64,000 nt of DNA from Azolla caroliniana (Eukaryota; Plantae; Polypodiophyta). Made by a program: the position numbers and the translations under genes. The DNA is taken from positions 15,190,001-15,254,000 of the forward strand of contig JBHGNT010000011.1 in assembly GCA_043228905.1 (NCBI GenBank). The letters are read 5' to 3'. The notes under the pieces are model-generated. The model saw only the letters and a program-made list of their open reading frames with translations. It was not told the origin of the DNA and did no database searches. Below are positions 38,595 through 49,703 of this stretch, piece after piece; within the stretch, counting starts at the first letter, position 1, and the number at the start of each line of letters is the position of its first letter.

Positions 38595-41500
38595 TGTTGG
38601 GATTACGGTCCCTTCGGATGGGATGGTCGGATATCGGAGATGAATGCCGACAAGCCCGGTTTCGGTTTCGGAACCGGATGATGAAGATCCCGGCTTCGGA
38701 GCCGGATGACGAATGTACCCGGAACGAGATCCGGATGCGGGGACATATCTGTGAATATGTTTGCCAAGGGCCCTTGAGGCTATAGATGTAAATAGCCCCA
38801 TAGTCATATGTGTATAAATATGACTTAGGGCAAACAGTTTTGATGTTGCTACTTATTTTTCTGTTTTTCCACTCAAGAGGAGTGAAGAGAGAGCAGCCGC
38901 GAGAGAGATAGAGCGCGAGAGAGATAGAGCGTGAGAGAGGAAGAGGTCGACGCCTCTGTGTATTTCCGCCGCCTGTGGCGAGGACAGCGAGCTCAAGGTC
39001 GTTGCCTTGCAGCTCGCCATTGTATATTTCTCTGTGCATAGTTTTGGTTTGGAGTCTTGTACTCCCGTGGTTTTTCCCGTCTAGGGTTTTCCACGTTAAT
39101 CCCTGTGTATTCGTGTTCTTTCTCTGTGGTTCCTATTTTCTGCTGCATTGATTCGTGCTTACTCGGTTGTGGCCGAGTGGTGAAGGTAAATCGGAGCGTC
39201 GATTTCTCTGCAAACTGGTATCAGAGCGACTGCTGCAGAAAATGGAAGGCGGCGGCAGCGGGCAGCCGGGGATGATGGTGCTGAATGCACAGAATTACGC
39301 CGACTGGAAGATCAAGATGGAGGATCTTCTGATTGTTCGGGACCTGTACGAACCGATTGACAGGTCGGAAATACCGAAGGGGGTACTTGAGTCGGAATGG
39401 AGGCTTCTGAACCGGAAAGCCGTTGCAACCATTCGGCAATACGTAGACGTGAGCGTTCTACAACATGTAGCGAACGACATCAACGCATATGAGATGTGGC
39501 GGAAGCTGTCGGGCCTCTACGAGAGGAAGAATGCGTTGAACCGGACCTCCCTGATGAGGAAGATAGTGAACCTCAAGTACCGGGACGGCGAGAGTATGGT
39601 GGAACACGTAAGCACGTTCATGGGATTCGTGAACCAGCTTGCGGCGATCAAGTTCCCGCTGGAGGATGCAATGCAAGCCATCATTCTGATGTGTACATTG
39701 CCGGAAAGCTGGGAGAACTTGGTGGTGACTCTCAGCACCTCCTGCACGGAAGATAACTTGTCCCTACAAACGGTAAAGACAAGTATTTTGAACGAAGAAG
39801 CGCGTCGGAGAGATAAAGAACCGGCCTCCGATCCGAAGATGTTGTTTACCGAATCGGATCGGGGAAGACAACGGAACCGAAGTCCGCAAAGACGGGAGAA
39901 GTCGGGGACCCGGTCGTAGTCAAGAGGAAGGCCCACATGCTTCCACTGTGGGAAGCCGGGGCACTTCCGAAAGAATTGTCGGCATTACCGAAAAGACAAC
40001 GGAGCCGACGACACCGATTCGAAGAAGTCTTCGGAACGAAACGGGGCTTACCGGGGAGCCACGGAGCGGAATGGTTCGGATCGGCGAGGGCAGGACAGGA
40101 AAGGAACGACGGCACTCGCGGCAAGTGAGGAAGAAATCATGCTCATCACCGAAGAAGGTGAGCTAAACATTGCCGGCGATGAGACGACCTGGGTGGTCGA
40201 TTCCGGAGCGTCGTTCCACCTGACCCCGGAAAGAAGATACTTCTCATCCTACACAGCCGGTGAGCATGGCTGTGTTCGGATGGGAAATGAAGGTACGTGC
40301 CGGATCGCCGGCATAGGAGACGTGTGGTTGACAACCTCGACCGGATGTAAAATGCTGCTGAAGGATGTCCGACACGTTCCGGAGGTTCGATTGAACCTGA
40401 TTTCGGCCGGGAGGCTAGACGATGAAGGCTACACAGGTAGCATCCGGAACGGCGTAATGAAGTTCAGCAAGGGGAGCCTGATAGTGGCTCGGGCCCGAAA
40501 AGTCAACACATTGTACCTGATGAATGCCCGGTTATGTCCGGAAGAGCTGAATGTGGCAGCCGACACTGCCGGTGAGCTGTGGCACAAAAGACTGTGCCAC
40601 ATGAGTGAGAAGGGGATGAAGAGGCTTGCAGAAGACAATCTTATTCCAGTGAAGCATGTGCACCTGGAGAAGTGCACCGATTGCCTGGCCGGTAAGCAGA
40701 ACCGAACCTCCTTCCACTCAAGGCCACCGACGAGACGTAGCGCACCATTGGAGTTGGTGCACACCGATGTGTGTCAGGTAGAAACGAAGTCACATGGCGG
40801 AGCCCAGTACTTCGTAACATTCATAGATGATCATAGCCGAAGACTGTGAACGGCACCGATGAAGACAAAGGACCAAGTGTTGTCCGTCTTCAAAGAACTC
40901 CACGCGAGAGTGGAAAGAGAATCCGGCAAGAAGCTGAAAGCGATACGAGCGGATAACGGAGGGGAATACCGGGGACAGTTCCAGGAGTACTGTCGCTCGA
41001 AGGGAATCCGGCTCGAGTTTGCTGTGCCGAAGACGCCGGAACTGAACGGGCTGGCCGAGAGGATGAACCGGACCATAATGGAGAGGGTCCGGAGTATGCT
41101 GGCGCATGCGGAATTACCCAAGGGGTTTTGGGCTGAGGCGATGTCGACGGCGACATACGTGATAAACAGATCACCCTCAGTACCTTTGGACGGAGACACG
41201 CCGCAGAGAGTGTGGACCGGTAGGGAAGTATCTTACCGGCATCTGAAGGTGTTCGGGTGTCTCGCATACGTGCATGTGGCAAAGGACCGGAGAGGAAAGC
41301 TAGATCCAAAGACCCGGCCATGCATATTCCTCGGTTACGGCGATGACGAGTTCGGCTACCGAGTATGGGACCCGGTCGACAAGAAGATATTCCGGAGTCG
41401 TGATATCATCTTCATGGAGAACAAGACACTCGCCGACTAGGAGTCGGAGAAGAAGATGAAGAGCTCCAAGTCGACCGGTGAGGATCAACTCTACGAGGAG

Positions 41501-43940
41501 CAGTCCCGACCGGCAAGGGACCGGTTAGCACTCGAGGATCCGGCCGAAGACGGTGAAGAAACAGAACCGGCCGAAGAAGATGAAAATGATACCGGAACCG
41601 GCCCCGATCCCGAAATGGATTCGGATGAAGAAGAATCGGAAGAACCGGTTGCCGAAGCTCCGGAACGGAGATATCCTCTAAGAGAGAGAAGGGCCCCCCG
41701 GAGATTTCCGGAACCAGAGCACCTGTTGCTAACCGACGAGGGGGAGCCGGAGAGCTTTGAAGAGGCAAAGCATGACACCCAGAGCCGCAGGTGGTTGAGT
41801 GCCATGCAGGACGAGATGGATTCCCTGCATGAGAACCACACATATGAACTTGTGGAGCTGCCGAAAGGAAAACGGGCACTCCGTAACAAGTGGGTGTTCA
41901 AGCTGAAACCGGGAGATGCCGGAAACCCCCCGAGATACAAAGCCAGGATCGTGGTGAAGGGGTTTCAGCAGAAGAAGGGCGTCGACTTCGACGAGATATT
42001 TGCCCCGGTAGTGAAGATGACCTCCATCCGGACGGTGCTCAGCATAGCGGCAAGCATGGACCTCGAGGTAGAACAGATGGACGTGAAGACGGCATTCCTT
42101 CACGGTGACCTCGAAGAAGAGATCTACATGCAGCAACCGGAAGGATTCGAGAAGAAAGGGAAGGAGCACCTGGTATGCCGGTTGAAGAAGAGCCTCTACG
42201 GACTGAAGCAGGCTCCCCGGCAATGGTACCAGAAGTTCGACTCCTTCATGACCGACGAAGGGTACCTCAAAACGCAGTCCGACCACTGCGTGTTTGTGAA
42301 GAAGTTCGAAGGAGGAGACTTTCTAATACTCCTCCTGTACGTGGACGACATGTTGATCGTCGGACGAGACCAGGTCAAGATACGGATGCTGAAGAAGGCT
42401 CTTCACCGAACCTTCTCAATGAAGGACCTGGGTCCGGCGAGACAAATACTAGGGATGCACATCATCCGGGACCGGAGCAAGAAGCAGTTGTGGCTGTCAC
42501 AGGAAAAGTACGTGACAAAGGTGCTTAAACGGTTCAACATGTCGGAAGCAAGGCCGGTCGGATCACTCCCGGCAAACTGCAAGCTGTCCAACAAGCAAAG
42601 TCCCAAGACAAAGGCTGAAAAGGAGGATATGATGAAAGTGCCGTATGCCTCAGCCGTCGGGAGCTTGATGTACGCCATGGTGTGTACGAGACCAGACATA
42701 GGATATGCAGTCGGAGTGGTGAGCCGGTACATGAGCAATCCCGGCAAAGAGCATTGGAACGCGGCCAAGTGGATACTCCGATACCTGAAGAGCACGACAA
42801 ACGTGTGCCTCCGATTCGGCTCCGGTAAGCCCGAACTCGACGGCTTCACCGATTCGGATATGTCGGCTGATGCAGATACCAGCCGGTCCACATCAGGGTA
42901 TGTGATGACGTATGCAGGGGGAGCTGTTTCATGGCAGTCGAGGCTACAGAAGACGGTTGCGTTGTCAACCACGGAGGCGGAGTACATGGCGGCTGTTGAA
43001 GCCGGCAAGGAAATAATATGGATGAAGGACTTCATTAGAGAGCTCGGTATCCGGCAGGAGGAGTACCGACTCTACTGCGACAGTCAGAGTGCAATCCACC
43101 TTGCAAAGAACGCGGCCTATCACTCCCGGACGAAGCACATCCAGCGAAGATATCACTGGATCCGGGAAAGGATAGAAGACAAGGAGTTCGTGCTGACGAA
43201 GGTCCACACGGACGAGAACGGGTCGGATATGCTGACCAAGGTGCTCACGCCCGACAAGCTGGAAGCATGCCGGAAGAGGATCGGATTGGAGAGACATCCC
43301 ATGCCGAAGTGAAGGGGGAGTTTGTTGGGATTACGGTCCCTTCGGATGGGATGGTCGGATATCGGAGATGAATGCCGACAAGCCCGGTTTCGGTTTCGGA
43401 ACCGGATGATGAAGATCCCGGCTTCGGAGCCGGATGACGAATGTACCCGGAACGAGATCCGGATGCGGGGACATATCTGTGAATATGTTTGCCAAGGGCC
43501 CTTGAGGCTATAGATGTAAATAGCCCCAAAGTCATATGTGTATAAATATGACTTAGGGCAAACAGTTTTGATGTTGCTACTTATTTTTCTGTTTTTCCAC
43601 TCAAGAGGAGTGAAGAGAGAGCAGCCGCGAGAGAGATAGAGCGCGAGAGAGATAGAGCGTGAGAGAGGACGAGGTCGACGCCTCTGTGTATTTCCGCCGC
43701 CTGTGGCGAGGACAGCGAGCTCAAGGTCGTCGCCTTGCAGCTCGCCATTGTATATTTCTCTGTGCATAGTTTTGGTTTGGAGTCTTGTACTCCCGTGGTT
43801 TTTCCCGTCTAGGGTTTTCCACGTTAATCCCTGTGTATTCGTGTTCTTTCTCTGTGGTTCCTATTTTCTGCTGCATTGATTCGTGCTTACTCGGTTGTGG
43901 CCGAGTGGTGAAGGTAAATCGGAGCGTCGATTTCTCTGCA
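38595..43940 (+). mobile_element. Copia-3: full-length Ty1/Copia element (Tnt1/Tork-like motifs)
   Basis: 618-bp LTRs 38595-39212 and 43323-43940 (3 differences seen); TSD AAAAG; PBS TGGTATCAGAGC (tRNA-iMet); PPT GAAGGGGGAG. Confidence 0.98.
39242..43312 (+). pseudogene. Copia-3 single-frame gag-pol with three in-frame stops (39917, 40847, 41438)
   Basis: ORFs 39155, 40139, 40859, 41456 share one frame; CFHCGKPGHFRKNC, WVVDSGAS, HTDV, YVDD, HIQRRYHWIRE. Confidence 0.93.
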
Positions 43941-44469
43941 AAAAGGGCCGGACAATGGCCTAACACAGGGTGTCTACGGAAGACACATCACCAAAGGGGT
44001 GTTACGGCCAGATAACTTAAGATACAACGATTACTCAGACTTTAATTGGTTACTTAGCAATATGGCATTAGACTTGATACACGCGTATGATAGAACAATT
44101 AGCACAGAACGGTAATCAACACTTAAAGATAAAACAAGAAGCTCTATTAATTATCCATCAAAGTTTTACATTATAACCGGGCCTTTATATAGGTCACCGG
44201 TGCTGAGTACAAAACGGTGCCAACCGGCACCTGTTCGGAACCGGTCCGGATCCGGATCGGCATTCCGATACCGGTTCTTCCGTTCGCGTCTCATAAACTA
44301 CTTAATTATTGTCATGAAGACATACATCTTGGCTTATCATGACATTCATCTTGGCGAACCAGGAATCGAACCCATAACCTCTTGGTTTACATATTGTACT
44401 TTAACCATTGTAATAACATATGTGAGATGTAATCATAATAATTATATGTTTAGTTATTACGAGATATTT

Positions 44470-44594
44470 AGAACATTCTAGATTATTCTAGAATGTTCTT
44501 GAATATTTCATGATTATATTTATTATTATTATTATTCATAAATATCTAAAATATTCTAGAACATTCTAGAATACTCCATAAGGGCCTATAAATA
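44470..44594 (+). promoter_or_regulatory. Heat-shock-element arrays and TATA box in Chromo-3 U3
   Basis: AGAAC-ATTCT-AGATT-ATTCT-AGAAT-GTTCT-TGAAT (44470-504), ATTCT-AGAAC-ATTCT-AGAAT (44553-72), TATAAATA 44587. Confidence 0.75.
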
Positions 44595-44860
44595 AGAGTC
44601 CATACACTCATCACAACTCATTCGGTTCAACACCAGTCTTTAGCCCTTAGCCTACTCCTTGTAATCTTCTTTCTCATAATATAATCGCATTCCCATTTCT
44701 TATCTCTCACTTATACTTTTCTCTCTCTCGCACTCTCTCCCTCTTTCACTCTCTTTCTATCACTATCGCTATCTCTACCGCTCTCGCCATCTCTATCGTT
44801 ATCGTTATCTCTATCGCCATCGCTCTCTCTCTCTGCTTCCTACTCAAGAGTCACGACAGT

Positions 44861-44871
44861 TTGAACCGAAT
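44861..44871 (+). promoter_or_regulatory. Self-priming PBS of Chromo-3
   Basis: TTGAACCGAAT is the exact reverse complement of ATTCGGTTCAA (44620-30), which lies 33 nt after the TATA start. Confidence 0.85.
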
Positions 44872-44943
44872 ATTTCTTTTCCCTTTCTTCAATAACTCTA
44901 GCAAGCTTTCTTCTTTATCCTTCTTTCTTTTTCCCCCGCGGTT

Positions 44944-46071
44944 ATGGAGTCGGTCAGCAAGCAAGAGTATATGCGTGTCCTTTCGGAGCTCGATATGCTC
45001 ACCACTAAGTTTGTGGCATTAGAGCACGAAAATCAAAGGCTACTCGGGGATCTTCAACAAGTCAGTACTGAGAAAGCTCATCAATATGAGGAGTTATCAC
45101 AACGGGTTCATCAACTTGAGGCTACTATATTAACATTACGAGAACAAGCGGCGGGGGTTCAAAACTCCCCAAGGGAACCAAAGATTAGCCTCCCTGCCAA
45201 GTTTGATGGTACCAGATCTCTCTTTCGAGGTTTCCTGAATCAAGTTCGTTTGGTGATTCAGTTACATCCCAATCGGTATCCAACTGATGCTGCCCGTGTG
45301 GGATTAATAGGAACCTTGCTAAGCGGTACAGCGTTAGCATGGTTTGCACCACTTCTTGAGAAGAAATCACCATTACTGGAGGATTTCGAGGCATTCGTTA
45401 AGGAGTTTCAAGCTAGTTTTGGAGATACGGATAGCACTAGGACTGCAATAAACAAGATTCAAAGACTCCGACAAGGAGATCGTCCCGCTTCAGCTTATGC
45501 CGCAGATTTCCGTCTCTTGGCATGCGACATCCCTTGGGATGAGGCAGCCTTAATGGATCAATTCCGTCAGGGTTTGCGTAACGATGTCAAAGATCTTCTT
45601 CTTACTTTCCATGAAGATCCAAAGTCTCTTACTGAAGCTATTAGCCGAGCTGTGCAATGTGATAATCGCCTATTTGAGCGACGTTCTGAACGTCAACAAA
45701 TGTTACGCCGCCAACCGGAACAGACATACGCTTCTATAGTCGCCACACCGCCACAAGGTTCTAGACCCGTTACGAGGGATGGTCCCACTCCGATGGAAAT
45801 AGAGTCGACACAACGTCGAGGGCCCTTATCAGATGCTGAGAAACAACGACGTCGGGCGCATCGCCTATGCCTCTACTGTGGTGGTCCAGGACATATAGCT
45901 GTGAATTGCCCACATAAACCCAGGCGTCAAGTTTACCAAGTAAGTGCACATGACAACCCTACATCAAGTTCTACTATCACTTCTAATAACTTAAGTACTA
46001 AGCCTACTAGCCCATGCCATGAGAATAGATTTGATGTCTTGAGCCAATTAGAGGATGTGTTAAACGAATAA
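44944..46071 (+). CDS. gag: Chromo-3 Gag
   Basis: 375 aa; PAKFDGTRSLFRGFLNQ, LRQG, CLYCGGPGHIAVNC. Confidence 0.95.
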   Translation: MESVSKQEYMRVLSELDMLTTKFVALEHENQRLLGDLQQVSTEKAHQYEELSQRVHQLEATILTLREQAAGVQNSPREPKISLPAKFDGTRSLFRGFLNQVRLVIQLHPNRYPTDAARVGLIGTLLSGTALAWFAPLLEKKSPLLEDFEAFVKEFQASFGDTDSTRTAINKIQRLRQGDRPASAYAADFRLLACDIPWDEAALMDQFRQGLRNDVKDLLLTFHEDPKSLTEAISRAVQCDNRLFERRSERQQMLRRQPEQTYASIVATPPQGSRPVTRDGPTPMEIESTQRRGPLSDAEKQRRRAHRLCLYCGGPGHIAVNCPHKPRRQVYQVSAHDNPTSSSTITSNNLSTKPTSPCHENRFDVLSQLEDVLNE

Positions 46072-49000
46072 GTCCGGCCAAAATAGGAGCCATTTGGTTG
46101 GACCATCCTAGTTATGTAGAGTCAGTACCTAGTTGTGGTTCCATTTCATCAAATCAAGTTAGTAGAGTTTTTTCTGCACAAGTCGAGCTTAGCACATCTA
46201 CAGGTCATCGCGCCCTAGCCTCTGCCCTCCTAGATTCCGGAGCCAATTCTTGTTTCATGGATCGCGAGTTTGCATTGACTCAAAACATCATCTTGAAAAA
46301 ACTCCCAAACCCAGTAGCTGTAGGAGTCATCGATGGTCGCCCTATAGCATCAGGAGATATAGTCGAAGAGTCTGAACCAATTCGTGTAGTCCTAGGTAAT
46401 TTGGCTAGTGTCATCTCATTTAACATCATTAGTAGTCCGGAGCACTCTCTAGTTCTTGGTCTTCCTTGGTTTGAGTTACATAACCCAACCATTGATTGGA
46501 GAAAAAGAACTATTGAAGAGGTCACCGTACAATCCAAGTCTCTTGAAGCTCCAACTAAGGATCTAGGATCCCCCACAATTTCAACAATCTCTATACATCA
46601 ATTACGAGAGGATGGAAGAAAGGAAGACATGATGGTATTTGCGGTTTTAGCAACTCCCTCATCTAGCTCACAAGAATTGGGGGTCCAACTACCAAAGAAG
46701 TACATAGAATTCTCCGATGTGTTCGATAAGGTGAAGGCTAATAGACTACCAGAGCATCGACCATATGATTGCCCAATTGATTTGCAGCCAGGAAAAGAGC
46801 CTCCATGGGGACCAATTTATAATCTTTCGCCCACGGAGTTAGAGGTTCTTCGAGAATATATCAATGAGAACTTGGCAAATGGTTTTATCCAACATTCAAA
46901 ATCTCCTGCTGGTGCACCCATCTTTTTCGTTAAGAAGAAAGATGGTACGCTTCGTATGGTCGTGGATTATCGAGGCTTGAATAAAGTGACCGTTAGAAAC
47001 CGATATGCTCTCCCATTGATCTCAAGCCTTCTAGAACGCCTCAGTGAAGCAAAGTATTTCACGAAGTTAGATCTTCGAGGTGCCTACAACCTTGTTCGAA
47101 TTCGTCCTGGGGATGAATGGAAGACGGCGTTCCGCACTCGCTATGGTCATTTTGAGTACACAGTGATGCCTTTTGGCCTCACGAATGCACCAGCAGTCTT
47201 CCAACATATGGCGAATGATATTTTTCGAGACTTCCTCGATATCTTCATCATTGTTTACCTGGATGATATCTTGATCTACTCAAAAACTCAAGAAGAACAT
47301 GATATACATGTTCGCCAAGTTTTGCAACGGCTACGAGAGTATGGTCTCTATGCAAAATTGGAGAAGTGTAGTTTCGACCAACGTCAAGTGGAGTTTTTGG
47401 GGTACATAGTCTCTTCAAATGGCATCTCTATGGATCCATCAAAGGTTCAAACAATTTTGGATTGGCAAACACCACAATCCGTGCGAGATGTGCAATGTTT
47501 TTTGGGGTTCGCAAACTTTTATCGCAAGTTCATCAAAGACTATTCAAAAATTGTGTTGCCCCTCACTCAACTGACGCACAAGAATCGATCATTTGTATGG
47601 AGTATAGATGCGAACTCTGCATTTGAGGGTTTAAAGCAAGCATTTACATCCGCACCAATCTTAATCCATGTCGATCCAATGAGGCGCTTTATACTTGAAG
47701 CTGATGCATCGGATTTCGCACTCGGAAGTGTACTATCCCAAATTGGTGATGATGGTGAACTGCACCCGGTGGCTTTTCACTCACGAAAATTTGAAGCCGC
47801 AGAAATCAACTATGAGATTCACGACAAAGAGCTTCTTGCCATTGTGGATTCTTTTCAACAATGGCGTCATTTTCTGGAGGGTTCTTCTCAGCAGATTATT
47901 GTCTACAATGATCATAAAAATCTAACATACTTTCAAAGTGCTCGAGTCTTGAATCGACGACAAGCTCGTTGGGCGCAGTTCTTAACTCGTTTCGATTTTG
48001 TAATTCTATATCGCCCTGGGATGCAACAAGGAAAAGCAGATGCTTTATCTAGACGTTCGTATATGGAACTTCAACCTGGAGAGGCCGCATTTGAAAGCCA
48101 AAAGCAAATCCTCTTAGGTCCTGATCGTCTGCGAATAATGGCAATGCATACCATCAACACACCGGGAGATTCAAGGCTTCTTGATTCCATTCGTGAGCAG
48201 ATTGCGACTGATGCGTTCGCCCAAGAGGTTTTGAGCCATATTATCCCAAATCGTGCATCTAGCTCCCAAACTCAAAATCCTCGTCTAGACTACACCCAGT
48301 TTAGTTGGCATGATGGGTTACTTTTTCGACAAACTCTCTTGTATGTGCCTGACGGTCCTTCTCGACTCAAAGTCATGCAACAATGTCATGACACACCAAT
48401 GGCGGGACACTTCGGCATCCACAAGACTTTTGAGTTGATTTCTCGCCGATATTGGTGGCCACGGCTTCGCCATTTTGTTACGGATTATGTTCGTAGCTGT
48501 GATACATGTTGCCGATCAAAAAAGCCTCGACATCATCCATATGGCTTATTACAGCCAATGCCTATTCCGGAGAGCCCATGGAAATCTATTTCCTTGGACT
48601 TTATTACGGATCTTCCACCTTCCAAGGGATTTGATTCGATTCTCACGGTTGTCGATCGTTTTACGAAGATGGCACATTTCCTTCCATGCACAAAGACCAT
48701 TACTAGTCAAGAGACAGCTGATTTACTCATGTGGGAGGTGTTTCGCCATCATGGTCTTCCGGATGATATTATCAGTGATCGGGGTCCCCAATTCATCTCG
48801 AAATTTTGGCGGCACATGTTCAGACTCTTACATACTTCTTGTAAACTCTCTTCCGGCTACCATCCAGAGACTAATGGGCAGAGTGAGCGCACCAACCAAA
48901 CAGTCGAGCAATATCTACGTTGTTTTGTCAACTATCAACAAGATGATTGGGTGGATTTACTACCTTTGGCAGAATTTGCTTATAACAACTCCGAGCATTC

Positions 49001-49703
49001 TTCTACTGGATATTCCCCATTTTTTGCAAACATTGGGTACCATCCTCGTTGGACGATGCTTGAACATCCTGAACTCCCAAAAAACCCAGCTGCTGAAGAT
49101 CGGCTCACTCGACTCCAAGAAGTTCAGGATATGCTTTTGCATCATTTATGTGAAGCCCAAAACACTCAAAAGAAGATTGCTGACCGTCATCGGCGTGATT
49201 CATCGACTACATTTCAAGTAGGCGATCGTGTATGGCTCTTACAAGGTACCATTAAAACGACCCGACCTTGCTACAAATTGGATTATCAACGTTTTGGCCC
49301 ATATGTCATAAGTGGTAAGATCAATGATGTGACATTTCGTCTTGATCTTCCTCCTCATATGCGTCTTCACCCGGTCTTCCATGTTTCACTTTTGGAGCCT
49401 TACACAACGAGCTCTATTCCGGGTCGTGTTACACCTCCCCCACCTCCAATTGACGTTTCCAATGGCTCTGAATATGAGGTTGCCGCTATCCTCGACTCCA
49501 AGATCATTCGCAACAAACTATACTACTTGGTTGATTGGTTAGGCTATACACCTAATGATCGAACATGGGAGCCTGCCGAACATCTTGCCAATGCCTCCGA
49601 CATGGTTGTTGCATTTCACAACCAATATCCTCATAAACCAAGTCTGAACTCTTTTCTTCCGACTCGTGCAACTCGTCATCGAAAAGGGGGGATAATGTCA
49701 TGA
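46059..49703 (+). CDS. pol: Chromo-3 Pol (PR-RT-RH-IN-chromodomain), probably reached by -1 frameshift
   Basis: LLDSGANS, YLDD, HDTPMAGH...CDTC, ISDRGPQF, chromodomain EYEVAAILDSK...LVDWLGY...TWEP; the -1 frame is open from GTTAAAC (46059) into ORF 46098..49703. Confidence 0.95.
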   Translation, partial: VKRISPAKIGAIWLDHPSYVESVPSCGSISSNQVSRVFSAQVELSTSTGHRALASALLDSGANSCFMDREFALTQNIILKKLPNPVAVGVIDGRPIASGDIVEESEPIRVVLGNLASVISFNIISSPEHSLVLGLPWFELHNPTIDWRKRTIEEVTVQSKSLEAPTKDLGSPTISTISIHQLREDGRKEDMMVFAVLATPSSSSQELGVQLPKKYIEFSDVFDKVKANRLPEHRPYDCPIDLQPGKEPPWGPIYNLSPTELEVLREYINENLANGFIQHSKSPAGAPIFFVKKKDGTLRMVVDYRGLNKVTVRNRYALPLISSLLERLSEAKYFTKLDLRGAYNLVRIRPGDEWKTAFRTRYGHFEYTVMPFGLTNAPAVFQHMANDIFRDFLDIFIIVYLDDILIYSKTQEEHDIHVRQVLQRLREYGLYAKLEKCSFDQRQVEFLGYIVSSNGISMDPSKVQTILDWQTPQSVRDVQCFLGFANFYRKFIKDYSKIVLPLTQLTHKNRSFVWSIDANSAFEGLKQAFTSAPILIHVDPMRRFILEADASDFALGSVLSQIGDDGELHPVAFHSRKFEAAEINYEIHDKELLAIVDSFQQWRHFLEGSSQQIIVYNDHKNLTYFQSARVLNRRQARWAQFLTRFDFVILYRPGMQQGKADALSRRSYMELQPGEAAFESQKQILLGPDRLRIMAMHTINTPGDSRLLDSIREQIATDAFAQEVLSHIIPNRASSSQTQNPRLDYTQFSWHDGLLFRQTLLYVPDGPSRLKVMQQCHDTPMAGHFGIHKTFELISRRYWWPRLRHFVTDYVRSCDTCCRSKKPRHHPYGLLQPMPIPESPWKSISLDFITDLPPSKGFDSILTVVDRFTKMAHFLPCTKTITSQETADLLMWEVFRHHGLPDDIISDRGPQFISKFWRHMFRLLHTSCKLSSGYHPETNGQSERTNQTVEQYLRCFVNYQQDDWVDLLPLAEFAYNNSEHSSTGYSPFFANIGYHPRWTMLEHPELPKNPAAEDRLTRLQEVQDMLLHHLCEAQNTQKKIADRHRRDSSTTFQVGDRVWLLQGTIKTTRPCYKLDYQRFGPYVISGKINDVTFRLDLPPHMRLHPVFHVSLLEPYTTSSIPGRVTPPPPPIDVSNGSEYEVAAILDSKIIRNKLYYLVDWLGYTPNDRTWEPAEHLANASDMVVAFHNQYPHKPSLNSFLPTRATRHRKGGIMS

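Noticed and set aside
44352-44420. Functional tRNA genes in the chromovirus LTRs
   Set aside because: Only A/B boxes and CCA are retained; acceptor and anticodon stems do not pair.
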